A stretch of 64,000 nt of DNA from Gemmatimonadota bacterium (GCA_038153405.1 JAYOYH010000002.1:1-64000), one strand, 5' to 3'. Positions 10,864 through 20,797 are shown, counted from the stretch's first letter. Numbers and translations are program-made. Notes: generated by a model not told the origin, from the letters alone.

Positions 10864-11859
10864 TTAGGGAACCTCTATATGGTCAAATAGCTGTTGGACA
10901 ATATGCTCCGAGTCAATTTCCTCGGCCTCGGCCTCGTAGCTGGCAACGACGCGGTGGCGCAGCACGTCGGTGCCAACGGCTTTCACGTCCTCCGGCGTCA
11001 CGTAGGCCCTTTGGCGCAAAAAAGCGTGCGCACGTGCCGCGCGCACCAAGAAGATGGTGGCCCGTGGTGAAGCGCCGTGCTCGATAAGGGGCGCGATTTC
11101 ATCCAGTCCCAGTTCGTCCGGAAAGCGCGTCGCATGGACCAGATCGACTATGTAATCCTTGACCTTGTCGTCGACGTAGACCATCTCCACAACCTGGCGC
11201 AGGCGCAATACGTCGGCCGGCGCCAATACCTGCCGCACTTCAATCGAGCCGCCATTGGCCATGCGATCGAGTATCGCCCGCTCGTCCTCGCGCGAGGGAT
11301 AGCTCACTTTCACTTTCAGCATAAAGCGGTCGATTTGCGCTTCGGGCAGAGGATATGTCCCTTCCTGTTCAATCGGATTCTGCGTAGCCATCACGAGGAA
11401 GGGATCTTCGAGCGCATAGGTCTCGTCGCCTATAGTCACCTGACGCTCCTGCATGCACTCGAGCAGGGCACTCTGCACTTTGGCCGGCGCGCGGTTGATC
11501 TCGTCGGCGAGCACCAGATTGGCAAAGACTGGTCCCATTTTGGGCACAAAGACGCCGTCTTGTGGATTGTAAATCAGCGTGCCCGTCAGGTCGGCCGGAA
11601 GGAGATCGGGCGTAAATTGGATGCGCTTAAAGCTGGCTTGCATAATGCGCGCCAGCGTCGACACGGTAAGCGTTTTAGCCAGTCCCGGCACGCCTTCCAA
11701 GAGGATGTGCCCACTGCAAACCAGGCCGATTAGCAGGCGCTCGACCATGTAGCGCTGTCCGACGATGACGCGATCCATTTCCGCAAATACGCTATCTACG
11801 AGAACGGATTGCTCCTGCACTTTATCGCTAATTGCGTGTATATCGATCGAATGTTGCAT
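10864..11859 (-). CDS. moxR: MoxR family AAA+ ATPase
   Basis: EGVPGLAKT, RIQFTPDLLPAD, DEINRAPAKVQSALLE, ATQNPIEQEGTYPLPEAQIDRF, GASPR. Confidence 0.95.
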   Translation of the reverse strand: MQHSIDIHAISDKVQEQSVLVDSVFAEMDRVIVGQRYMVERLLIGLVCSGHILLEGVPGLAKTLTVSTLARIMQASFKRIQFTPDLLPADLTGTLIYNPQDGVFVPKMGPVFANLVLADEINRAPAKVQSALLECMQERQVTIGDETYALEDPFLVMATQNPIEQEGTYPLPEAQIDRFMLKVKVSYPSREDERAILDRMANGGSIEVRQVLAPADVLRLRQVVEMVYVDDKVKDYIVDLVHATRFPDELGLDEIAPLIEHGASPRATIFLVRAARAHAFLRQRAYVTPEDVKAVGTDVLRHRVVASYEAEAEEIDSEHIVQQLFDHIEVP

Positions 11860-11874
11860 ACGCTCCTACTGAAC

Positions 11875-11959
11875 AAAAAACCGCCTTTGCCCGCTAGGGT
11901 CCCACGCCGCGAATTGGGACCCAAGCTGCATCAGCGGATAGACTGCTCAAACGACGGTT
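11875..11959 (-). terminator. Long stem-loop ending in a U-tract just upstream of moxR (terminator or leader attenuator)
   Basis: Nested pairings AACCGTCGTTTG/CAAAGGCGGTT, CCGCT/AGCGG and GGGTCCCA/TGGGACCC, followed by T-run. Confidence 0.55.
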
Positions 11960-12045
11960 AAGAAAAGAGAGGTCCCCTGTCCACAAGCAGCACACGGCCG
12001 CATGCGTTGTCCTTATACGCGCCCTGGAAACGCGGCATCCAGGCG

Positions 12046-12531
12046 TTATTGCGCCTTGTCCTGAAAACGCACCCATTCTTCGGGGTTCCGCCCAACGTGC
12101 GGCAGCAGCTGTTTGGCGCTGGCGGCCAATTCGGAATCGGGATAGCGATCGATAACGAGTTGGTAGGCACTGCGCGCCTGGTCGGGCTCCTCGAGATACT
12201 CCTCGTAGATAAAGGCAATCATAAATTGCGCTTCATCGCCGTACTCGCTCTCAGGGTACTCTTTAATCAGGCGCCCGTAGAGGGCAATGGCCCCTTGTAA
12301 ATCGCCCTTTTGCTGTTGGATCGCAGCCCAGTTCTTCAGCGCAACCGGAGCTCTCCCGTCCTGGGCAAACTTCGCGACAAAGGCGCCATATGCTTCGACG
12401 GCCTGATCGAGTGCAGCCGGATCGGTCGCCGCGCGTTCTGCTCTGGTCCACAGTTCATCCGGGCTCTCCTCTGCGCAACCCCAAACGGTCAGCAGAGCAA
12501 CGACACATGTTAGAAATCGCAACTTCATCAT
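12046..12531 (-). CDS. TPR lipoprotein (BamD/YbgF-like repeats)
   Basis: Lipobox VWGC; TPR-like LIKEYPESEYGDEAQFMIA and VIDRYPDSELA. Confidence 0.75.
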   Translation of the reverse strand: MMKLRFLTCVVALLTVWGCAEESPDELWTRAERAATDPAALDQAVEAYGAFVAKFAQDGRAPVALKNWAAIQQQKGDLQGAIALYGRLIKEYPESEYGDEAQFMIAFIYEEYLEEPDQARSAYQLVIDRYPDSELAASAKQLLPHVGRNPEEWVRFQDKAQ

Positions 12532-12545
12532 CTACTAAAAGACTC

Positions 12546-12860
12546 TCATTCTGTTTTCGCAGTTCCGGAAGCCGGCGTTTTTTTTGCTTCGGACTTTCCC
12601 TCGCTCTTGCCGGAGTCGGTGCTTCCGCTATCGGCTTTGGCCGCGCTCTTATAGCTTTCGCTGCGGTAGTCGGTTTCGTAGAAACCCGAGCCCTTAAACA
12701 ACAGGCCACCGCCGCTGCTAATCAGCCGTTTGAGGCGGCCGCGTGCACCCCCTTTGGGGCATATGGCTTTGCGACAGGAGCTTAACGGTTTGGCGGTAAT
12801 GCTCTGAAACTCTTCAAAGCGATGACCACACTTCTGACACTCGTATTCGTAGGTTGGCAT
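12546..12860 (-). CDS. FmdB family zinc-ribbon protein
   Basis: MPTYEYECQKCGHRFE...C...CPKGG...FKGSGFYETDY. Confidence 0.92.
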   Translation of the reverse strand: MPTYEYECQKCGHRFEEFQSITAKPLSSCRKAICPKGGARGRLKRLISSGGGLLFKGSGFYETDYRSESYKSAAKADSGSTDSGKSEGKSEAKKTPASGTAKTE

Positions 12861-12935
12861 CTCGTGACCTTTTTATGAAACAAACTTCAAAAATATAGCA
12901 TTAGAGCACAGCTGCGCAACATCTGCTCGCTGCAC

Positions 12936-15050
12936 TCAGTCTTCCAACAGCGCTTCGCCAGTTGGCTGGTCAAAACTGGGTTCGGGGAGCTCCGATTCGA
13001 TGCGCAAGTCGGGTAGGTCGGCAATTCCAAGCGGGCGAAAGCGATCTCCATCGATCTTTAGCAACGTCAGATCGACGTTGGTGCGGCGATCCTCGGCAAA
13101 CGAAATTCGCCCCGAGACGCCGTCGTAATCGCGGACCTGCGATAGCCAGTCGCGCATGGGAGCTGGCCGCCCTCCCGCCGCGCGCCAGGCGTCTAAGACC
13201 AACTGCGCGGCGTCATAGCCGTACGCAGCGTACTGAGGATCGCTGCTAAAGCGCCGGCGAAAGCGATCGACAAACTCCTGCCCTCCTCCGCGCTCTTGCC
13301 GCTTGGCGGAGGTAACAATCGCACCGTCGACGTATTTGCGCTCGCTCAGGCGCATCTGTCGCACGCCCTCGGGATCGTACCAAATGTCGTTGCCGAGGAT
13401 TTGCGTCTCGAGACGATAAAAGGAAATCTGGGGGGCAATGGTCTTGGCGTCATCAAAACTCTCCACGGCGACGGCGATGCCATCGACTGTGTCGATGAAG
13501 ATCTCCGAAGAGTCCGGCGGCGCCTCTTCCTCTTCTTCCGGCAGCTCATCACCTTCTATGCCCTCGAGAAGCTCCGTGAGAAAGGACGGCGCGGTCTGAG
13601 CGCTATCGGCCGCGGACCACTCGAGCGAGTCGGCGGCGGCCAGCGTATCTTCCGGCGCCGGCATCAGTTCAAAGCCAATGGCGCGAATTTCTTCAAATAC
13701 GCGGCGGAAGTCCTTTGTTTGATTGGGCACGTACCAGTCTGAATGAACTACGCGGCCGCCGTTTACTTCGGCCGTGCGGCGAAATGCGCGCTCGAAATTC
13801 CACCCATAGTCGCTCAGCGGCGAGAGGATGACTAGGTTCTGCAAGCCCAACACTAATGTCGCATGCTCGGCCAACAGATGGCCCTGAGTCTCGGGTATTG
13901 CGTTGATTTGGAAGATGAACTGTCCGAGCGAATCGAGCCCACTTTGCTGCGAAAGCGGTGCGATCATGGGCACGCCAGCGGCTTCTGCCACGACGGCTGC
14001 GGCAACGCACGAGCTGCTAAACAGTGGACCAATAATCGCCGCCACGTCGCGCTCGACCAAGCTGCGGGCCCCCTGCACGACGCGCAGCAGACCGCTGCCC
14101 GGATTTTCGCTGAGTGCGCCAATGGCATCGGCATTGATCGGTAAATCGCCAAAATCCAAACCCGTATCGGCAACGATCAAATCAAACGGTTCACCGGCGG
14201 CCTCGTTGGCCATCTTCACACCCGCATATATCTCGTTGGCAATGCGTTGGTATGGGCCGCTCAGCGGCAGCAGCAGGCCTAGTTTTGCCCGCTCCTTCTG
14301 CCCAACCCGCTCGCCCCAGTCCCCATCGGACTCAATGTCGCCAGCGAGATAGGGCACTTCATCAATCGCTTCAACACGGCCAGCCTCTTCTATCAATACA
14401 TAAAAAATGCCCGCGCGGCCGACGCCATCGCGATAGGCCTGGGCCGCCGCCTCAGCTTCCGGCGCCCAGCCCAGGCGACCGTACCAGCGCGCGCGCCCAA
14501 AGAGCAACGACTCGCGCATGCGCTCGACGCCAACGGCCAGACGCACGCTCTCCATCGCCTTAGCGCTGATGTGGCCATTGCCATCGATGGCGGCTAGGCG
14601 CTCGGCCGCCTGGGCCTGCGTAGGCAGCGGGGCGGGAGTGGCCAGCAGGCGACCGTACTCCATGGCCGCTTCGTAGTAGCGCTTTAGCTTGAAATAGGAA
14701 TCTCCGGCGAGCAGACGCGCCTCGGCAACGTAGCGACTATCGGTGTATTTGCGCTGCAGGCCGCGCGCTGCAGCAAGTGCATCCTCGTAGCTACCCAAGC
14801 GGAAATAGCTTTTGCCCAACATGAGCTGCCCGGCGCTCGAGTGCTGGTTCACGTCGTATTCCAACAGGCGCAAGAAGGCGTCGCGCGCCGCCTCAACGTC
14901 ACCTTGGCGGTACGCCCCCAACCCCTTTGAGAATACTTTTTCCGCTTCAGCTGAATAGACGCCCTGGATGGATTGCGCCTGCAGGGCAGCGGGGTCAAGC
15001 GACGCAGGGCCGACCGTCATAAGAAGGAAAAAGACGGCGAAATGACGCAT
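12936..15050 (-). CDS. TPR + periplasmic binding protein type 1 domain protein (LpoA/LppC-like)
   Basis: Signal peptide, N-terminal TPRs, KLGLLLPLSG, AIIGPLFS, AYGYDAA, YDGVSGRISF. Start placed at ATG 15050. Confidence 0.75.
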   Translation of the reverse strand: MRHFAVFFLLMTVGPASLDPAALQAQSIQGVYSAEAEKVFSKGLGAYRQGDVEAARDAFLRLLEYDVNQHSSAGQLMLGKSYFRLGSYEDALAAARGLQRKYTDSRYVAEARLLAGDSYFKLKRYYEAAMEYGRLLATPAPLPTQAQAAERLAAIDGNGHISAKAMESVRLAVGVERMRESLLFGRARWYGRLGWAPEAEAAAQAYRDGVGRAGIFYVLIEEAGRVEAIDEVPYLAGDIESDGDWGERVGQKERAKLGLLLPLSGPYQRIANEIYAGVKMANEAAGEPFDLIVADTGLDFGDLPINADAIGALSENPGSGLLRVVQGARSLVERDVAAIIGPLFSSSCVAAAVVAEAAGVPMIAPLSQQSGLDSLGQFIFQINAIPETQGHLLAEHATLVLGLQNLVILSPLSDYGWNFERAFRRTAEVNGGRVVHSDWYVPNQTKDFRRVFEEIRAIGFELMPAPEDTLAAADSLEWSAADSAQTAPSFLTELLEGIEGDELPEEEEEAPPDSSEIFIDTVDGIAVAVESFDDAKTIAPQISFYRLETQILGNDIWYDPEGVRQMRLSERKYVDGAIVTSAKRQERGGGQEFVDRFRRRFSSDPQYAAYGYDAAQLVLDAWRAAGGRPAPMRDWLSQVRDYDGVSGRISFAEDRRTNVDLTLLKIDGDRFRPLGIADLPDLRIESELPEPSFDQPTGEALLED

Positions 15051-15083
15051 TAAAAATCCTTTATAAACAGTTGTATAAGGCGA

Positions 15084-15112
15084 AATGTAGACCGGATGGA
15101 ACAGAGTGTCAA
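15084..15112 (-). promoter_or_regulatory. sigma70-type promoter for the LpoA-like gene
   Basis: TTGACA-17nt-TACATT on the minus strand. Confidence 0.6.
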
Positions 15113-15118
15113 GCGGGG

Positions 15119-15147
15119 TTGTCGCCATCGTTAAAGGCGGCTATATT
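15119..15147 (+). promoter_or_regulatory. sigma70-type promoter for the ClpX-like gene (divergent)
   Basis: TTGTCG-17nt-TATATT. Confidence 0.45.
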
Positions 15148-15194
15148 ACCTAGCAGTTACTCCATTATCCGCTCGATATCCCACTAGATATCCC

Positions 15195-16703
15195 ATGAAT
15201 ATACGCTCAGAAAAACTGGGGCTCGACCCCGAAAAGCTCCGTCAAATCCTCGCCCAGCAGATGGAGAATCAGCCCCCCGCCCAGCCTGCGTCGGCGGGAG
15301 GCGGCGCCGAACCCGCGCACGAGGACGTCGGCCCTCCTATTGAGTTCAATCTCCTCCCAGAACAATTGGAGGCCTACCTGGACCAGTACGTCATTCGCCA
15401 AAGCGAGGCCAAAGCCGTCCTTTCGACGAAGATCTGCACGCACTTTAACCGCCTAAAGTTGACGACGGACGAAGACGATGACGTCATTGGCAACATCAAG
15501 AACAATGTACTGCTCATCGGTCCAACCGGCGTCGGCAAAACGTATTTAATTAAGCTCATAGCGCGCAAGATTGGCGTTCCCTTCGTCAAGGGCGATGCGA
15601 CCAAATTTAGCGAAACGGGCTACGTCGGCGGCGACGTAGAAGATCTCGTGCGCGAATTGGTGCGCGAAGCCGACGGCGATATTGGCCGCGCCGAACACGG
15701 AATAATCTACATCGATGAAATCGACAAAATAGCTTCGTCGCGCGGCGCGCAGGGGCCGGACGTCTCCCGATCGGGCGTGCAGCGCAACCTGCTGAAGCTC
15801 ATGGAAGAGACGGAGGTGGACCTCAAGGCTCCCCACGACATCGCCTCGCAAATGGAGGCGGTCATGCAGATGCAGCAAACGGGCAAGGTCGAACGCAAAA
15901 AAGTCAATACGCGCAACATCCTGTTTATCGTCAGCGGCGCCTTTGCCGGCCTCGATGAGATTATCAGTCGCCGCCTCAATCGGGGTGCCATCGGCTTTCG
16001 CCTAGGCAATGAGTCGACGGCATCTGAAATGACGCCACAGGACCTCTATCGCAGCGTGCGCGCCGAAGACTTGATGGAGTACGGCTTTGAATCGGAGTTT
16101 ATCGGCCGCCTGCCCGTCGTATCTGTGCTGCACGACTTGGACAAAGACGACCTCCTCTCCATTCTGCGCAATCCAAAGAGCAGCGTCATTCTGTCTAAGA
16201 AGCGCGATTTTCGCGCCTACGGAATCGACGTAGAATTCAGCGACCGCGCACTCGAACTGCTCGCCGAGCGCGCCCACGCCGAGCGCACCGGCGCGCGCAG
16301 TCTAGTCGGCGCGGTCGAACGCGCCCTGCTGCACTTTGAGAAAAAGCTGCCGTCGAGCAAGGTTGCTGCGTTTACCGTTGACGAGGAGGTCATCAACCAA
16401 CCCACGGCGGCGCTGCTCAAGTTGCTGAGCACCTCCTCGCTGGTCCATTTTCGCCAAAGCTTCGCCAATAGACACGCCATCGAGCTGTCGTTTTCTCCCC
16501 AGGCCGAAGCGCTCGTCCGGCAACTGGCGGCCGAGCGCGGCGAGGATCCCAGCGATCTGTGCGAGTCGCTCTTTGCCGACTACGGCCACGGGCTCAAGCT
16601 GGCCGGACTCGCCGAGTACGCCATCTCCGAGGAGGCCGTGCGCGATCCGCAAAGCGTGCTAAACCAACTCATCCGCGAATACTACAGCCGCGGCGCTAGC
16701 TGA
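15195..16703 (+). CDS. ClpX-like AAA+ ATPase lacking the N-terminal zinc-binding domain, with C-terminal extension
   Basis: YLDQYVIRQ, GPTGVGKT, DATKFSETGYVGGDVE, IYIDEIDKI, GAIGF, EFIGRLP, TGARSL. Confidence 0.85.
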   Translation: MNIRSEKLGLDPEKLRQILAQQMENQPPAQPASAGGGAEPAHEDVGPPIEFNLLPEQLEAYLDQYVIRQSEAKAVLSTKICTHFNRLKLTTDEDDDVIGNIKNNVLLIGPTGVGKTYLIKLIARKIGVPFVKGDATKFSETGYVGGDVEDLVRELVREADGDIGRAEHGIIYIDEIDKIASSRGAQGPDVSRSGVQRNLLKLMEETEVDLKAPHDIASQMEAVMQMQQTGKVERKKVNTRNILFIVSGAFAGLDEIISRRLNRGAIGFRLGNESTASEMTPQDLYRSVRAEDLMEYGFESEFIGRLPVVSVLHDLDKDDLLSILRNPKSSVILSKKRDFRAYGIDVEFSDRALELLAERAHAERTGARSLVGAVERALLHFEKKLPSSKVAAFTVDEEVINQPTAALLKLLSTSSLVHFRQSFANRHAIELSFSPQAEALVRQLAAERGEDPSDLCESLFADYGHGLKLAGLAEYAISEEAVRDPQSVLNQLIREYYSRGAS

Positions 16704-16776
16704 TTTGCGAAACCTGCAACCGCGGCAATACCCATAACAGGTGTTCTGGGGGTCGCTCCACTGCGCTGGAGGACGC

Positions 16777-18147
16777 CTAGCGCAGCGCGTACTCCAGCTC
16801 TTTGCGATAGAGCGTGCTAAGGCCAATCTGCAAAATTTCCGCGGCGCGGCGTCGGTCGTTACCGACCGCTTTTAGCGTTTCGCGAATCGCAATTTTCTCC
16901 ATCTCTTTCATCGACATTCCCACGCGAAAATCGACCCCGGGAAAAGTGCGTTCGCGCCGATTGATATAGCGCGGTATATCGTCCATCTGCAAAGGCCCCT
17001 CGCGCGCGCACATGACGACCATACCCTCTATGCAGTTTTTTAACTCTCGCACATTGCCCGGCCACTCGTATTCTATCAGCACGTCGAGCGCGCGCGCGCT
17101 TATGCCGGACACGTTCTTTTGGTTGTCTTCGGCAAACTGGCGCACAAACTCGTCTGCCAGCAGCGGAATATCCTCCCGGCATTCGCGCAGCGGCGGAATT
17201 TCAACCGTCACGACATTGAGCCGGTAAAATAGATCGGCCCTGTATGCGCCGGCTTCGACCATTGCATCCAAATCGCGGTGCGTCGCTGCAATAAGGCGCA
17301 CATCGACACCGCGCGTCTGCGTCGCACCTACCCGTTCAAAGCGACCGTCCTGAATAACGCGCAGCAGTTTGACCTGGGTCGGCAGCGGTATATCGCCCAC
17401 TTCGTCGAGAAAGAGCGTGCCGCCGTCGGCCAGTTCAAAGCGCCCCTTGCGCGCCATCGTCGCGCCCGTAAACGCACCCCTTTCATGCCCGAAGAGCTCG
17501 CTTTCGACAACGCCTTCCGGCAGCGCGCCGCAGTTAACTTCGACAAACGGCTCAACGCGACGACGGCTCTGCTGGTGTATGGCTTTGGCTACTTCGCCCT
17601 TGCCCGTACCCGTTTCTCCGCGAAGCAATACGCTGGTCTTTGACTGCGAGACCTGCTCCACCTGACGGTAGATGCGATGCCAGGCAGAGGAGCGACGAGC
17701 GATGCCGCCAAATCGATAGCGCTCGTCTAAGCGGCGCTGCAGGTTGGACACCTCGCCGACAAGCTGCTGGTACGACAAACCGCGCTGCAATACCGCGCTG
17801 ATTTTTGCGAAGTTTAGCGGCAGCAACTGAAAGTCGTAGGCTCCCTGACGCATGGCCTCTATGCCGAGCTCAATTTCTTCGGGTGTGGCAATAGCGATGG
17901 CGCAGATCGATGCGTTGCGGCTGTGCGCGAGTTTCTGCAGGCGCAGTCCGTCGATGCGCGAATGGCGCAGAGGATAGATCAGCGCGTTGACGATTTCGGA
18001 GTCTAGTATATCGTATGCGCTCTGTCCTTCGCGCACCCATATCACATCGAACTCGGCCCCTTCTAGGTAGGCGACAAGTTCTTTTGCCGAAGTGGACTCG
18101 GGCAAGACAACCACAATCCGCGCGCGCTGAACTGTTGTTTGACTCAA
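16777..18147 (-). CDS. sigma54-dependent activator (NtrC-like) with degenerate receiver domain
   Basis: [41 protein letters not shown]-terminal Fis HTH ([15 protein letters not shown]). Confidence 0.92.
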   Translation of the reverse strand: MSQTTVQRARIVVVLPESTSAKELVAYLEGAEFDVIWVREGQSAYDILDSEIVNALIYPLRHSRIDGLRLQKLAHSRNASICAIAIATPEEIELGIEAMRQGAYDFQLLPLNFAKISAVLQRGLSYQQLVGEVSNLQRRLDERYRFGGIARRSSAWHRIYRQVEQVSQSKTSVLLRGETGTGKGEVAKAIHQQSRRRVEPFVEVNCGALPEGVVESELFGHERGAFTGATMARKGRFELADGGTLFLDEVGDIPLPTQVKLLRVIQDGRFERVGATQTRGVDVRLIAATHRDLDAMVEAGAYRADLFYRLNVVTVEIPPLRECREDIPLLADEFVRQFAEDNQKNVSGISARALDVLIEYEWPGNVRELKNCIEGMVVMCAREGPLQMDDIPRYINRRERTFPGVDFRVGMSMKEMEKIAIRETLKAVGNDRRRAAEILQIGLSTLYRKELEYALR

Positions 18148-18160
18148 TGACTCCTCCTCT

Positions 18161-20512
18161 TCAGGCAGCGCGCCGCAGCGCGTCGTCTCCTATGCAGGCA
18201 GCAAAGACTTCGGATACTTCCTCGACTAGAACAAAATCGATCTGTCTCCGAATCTTAGCGGGAATATCGTCTAGGTCGCGCTCGTTGTGGCGCGGCAGTA
18301 TGACTTTCGTCACCCCCACTCGATGGGCAGCCAGCACCTTTTCCTTAATACCTCCCACTGGCAGCACGCGTCCACGCAGCGTCATCTCTCCCGTCATCGC
18401 CACGCGTTTATCGACGCTGCGACCGACCAGCAACGAGAGCAGAGCCGTCGCGACGGCAATGCCCGCCGAAGGCCCGTCTTTGGGAATCGCACCAGCCGGC
18501 AGGTGGATGTGAATATCGTGACGATCGAAAAAATCCTCTTTGAGACCGCATTCGACGGCATGCGACCGCACGTAGGATAGGGCGATTTGCGCCGATTCTT
18601 TCATAACGTCGCCGAGTTGCCCCGTCAGCGTCAAGCCCTTTCCGCCGCGCATCTGCGTAGCCTCGACAAACATCACCTCGCCGCCGACCGGCGTCCACGC
18701 CAGTCCCGCGACGACGCCCGGCATCCCTATCTCTTCGAGCGCCGTTTCACGTACCGATTGCCGCCCCAGATAAGCGCTCAACACCTCCTCCGTCACACGG
18801 AATACACCGCGCCGCCCCTCGACGACTTCACGCGCTATTTTGCGGCATAGGCGACCTACTTCACGCTCCAAATTGCGCAGTCCTGCTTCGCGCGTGTAGC
18901 CGCGTATGAGCAGGCGAACTACCCCCTTTTCGAGCACTACTTTGCGCCGCGTCAGACCGTGCTCGCGCAGTTGGCGAGGCAGTATGTGGCGCTGTACTAT
19001 GCCCATTTTCTCATCCTCCGTATAGCCGGATAGCTGAATAATCTCCAGGCGATCGCGCAGAGCTGGCGGTATTGTATCGAGCTGGTTGGCCGTGGCAATA
19101 AAGGTTACCCCAGAAAGGTCGAAAGGAACGTCTAAGTAGTGATCGACAAATGCGTTATTCTGCTCGGGGTCGAGCACTTCCAGCAGCGCGGCGGCGGGAT
19201 CTCCGCGAAAATCCGCTCCGAGTTTATCAATCTCGTCGAGCATAAATACGGGATTGTTGCTACCGACTTTGCGCAGGGCCTGCACTACGCGCCCGGGCAA
19301 CGCCCCCACATAGGTGCGGCGGTGACCGCGAATTTCCGATTCGTCGCGCACTCCGCCCAGCGATATGCGAGCAAATTTCCGGCCCATGGCCCGAGCGATA
19401 GAGCGACCGAGCGAGGTCTTGCCGACGCCGGGAGGACCGACAAAACAGAATATGGGACCGCGGGAAGATTTCTTTAGCTTGCGCACGGAAAGAAATTCAA
19501 GCACGCGCTCTTTTATCTTTTGCAATCCCTCGTGATCGGCGTCGAGTATCCGCCTCGCACGACCGATATCGATGCGGTCCGTCGACTTTTTCCCCCATGG
19601 CATTTCTATCAGCCAATCGAGATATGTGCGCACGACCGCGTATTCGGCTGAACTCTCTGCCATGTGGGCCATGCGCTCGACTTCGCGCTCGGCCTCTTTC
19701 CGCACATCGGCCGGCAGCTTGGCCCCTTTCAGGCGCTCCCGCACGCGCTCCAATTCACCCTCGCCTTCGCCGAGTTCTTTCTGAATCACGCGTATCTGTT
19801 CGCGCAAATAGTGTTCGCGCTGTGCCTGTCCCATCTCCTCCTGAATCTGCCCCTGGATCTGGTTGCCCATCTCTAGCACGGATAGCTTACGATTGAGCTG
19901 CCAATTGAGGCGACGCAGACGCACTTCGACAGAACATTCGGCCAAGAGTTCCTGCTTGTCGGCGATAGAAAGGTCTAGGGCCGATGCGACAAAGTCGGCG
20001 AGCTGTCCGGGATCCTTCTCCAAATTTACCGCCGTTATTTGCAATTCTTCGCCGAGAGAGGCTACGAGGCCGACCATTTTTTGAAACTGCTGCGATAAGT
20101 TGTGCGCCAGCGCCAGCTCTTCTTCGCTATTGCTCAATACGTCTTCTACCGACTGCCCTCGCGCAACGATAAAGGGCTCCTCGCGCACACACTCCATCAC
20201 TTTGACGCGGTGGATGCCGCGCAGCACGACCTGCAATGTGCCGTCGGGCAGCTTGAAGGCTCGGTGTATATGGGCCGCTACACCCACTTCGCACAAATCG
20301 CCAAACGACGGTATTTCCACCTGACCATCTTTCTGTGCAACGGCATAAATCAGCCGATCTCGACCCAGTGCTTCGCCCACTAGGCGCAGCGATCCTTCGC
20401 GTCCAACCAGCAGCTGGGTGGGGACGCCGGGGAACAATACCATATTGCGCAAGGGCAGCACCGGCAGCTCCTGTAGCCTATCATCGCGGCGTAATTTTTC
20501 GACATTCTTCAT
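18161..20512 (-). CDS. lon: Lon protease (LonA)
   Basis: LPVLPLRNMVLFP N-domain, GPPGVGKTS, IRGHRRTYVGALPG, PKDGPSAG catalytic Ser, GGIKEK catalytic Lys. Confidence 0.97.
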   Translation of the reverse strand: MKNVEKLRRDDRLQELPVLPLRNMVLFPGVPTQLLVGREGSLRLVGEALGRDRLIYAVAQKDGQVEIPSFGDLCEVGVAAHIHRAFKLPDGTLQVVLRGIHRVKVMECVREEPFIVARGQSVEDVLSNSEEELALAHNLSQQFQKMVGLVASLGEELQITAVNLEKDPGQLADFVASALDLSIADKQELLAECSVEVRLRRLNWQLNRKLSVLEMGNQIQGQIQEEMGQAQREHYLREQIRVIQKELGEGEGELERVRERLKGAKLPADVRKEAEREVERMAHMAESSAEYAVVRTYLDWLIEMPWGKKSTDRIDIGRARRILDADHEGLQKIKERVLEFLSVRKLKKSSRGPIFCFVGPPGVGKTSLGRSIARAMGRKFARISLGGVRDESEIRGHRRTYVGALPGRVVQALRKVGSNNPVFMLDEIDKLGADFRGDPAAALLEVLDPEQNNAFVDHYLDVPFDLSGVTFIATANQLDTIPPALRDRLEIIQLSGYTEDEKMGIVQRHILPRQLREHGLTRRKVVLEKGVVRLLIRGYTREAGLRNLEREVGRLCRKIAREVVEGRRGVFRVTEEVLSAYLGRQSVRETALEEIGMPGVVAGLAWTPVGGEVMFVEATQMRGGKGLTLTGQLGDVMKESAQIALSYVRSHAVECGLKEDFFDRHDIHIHLPAGAIPKDGPSAGIAVATALLSLLVGRSVDKRVAMTGEMTLRGRVLPVGGIKEKVLAAHRVGVTKVILPRHNERDLDDIPAKIRRQIDFVLVEEVSEVFAACIGDDALRRAA

Positions 20513-20632
20513 AGGACGGCCCCCCTTCTATTGCACCATTTAAACTACTTCGTATCAAGATCCAGCGACAATCTAAGCCCAGTGCATCGCAGCCCTGCGC
20601 TCCAAAGCGATTTGTGCTCCATCGCATACAGG

Positions 20633-20647
20633 GCAATATCCGTGCCC
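20633..20647 (-). promoter_or_regulatory. sigma54 (-24/-12) promoter upstream of lon
   Basis: Minus strand GGGCACGGATATTGC gives GG-N10-GC and closely matches TGGCACG-N4-TTGC. Confidence 0.7.
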
Positions 20648-20768
20648 GACGCTTTGCCACGTTATCCTGCCATTATGACAATGAGCCAATGACATTATGC
20701 ATCATTTACCTGCAAAGAGATCGCAGCTGATGCCGATATATGTCATTGTAGTACAATCACATTCGGAC

Positions 20769-20797
20769 TTGCAACTGCGCGTTTTTTTATATATTAT
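20769..20797 (+). promoter_or_regulatory. sigma70-type promoter for the PilZ-like gene
   Basis: TTGCAA-17nt-TATTAT. Confidence 0.55.
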
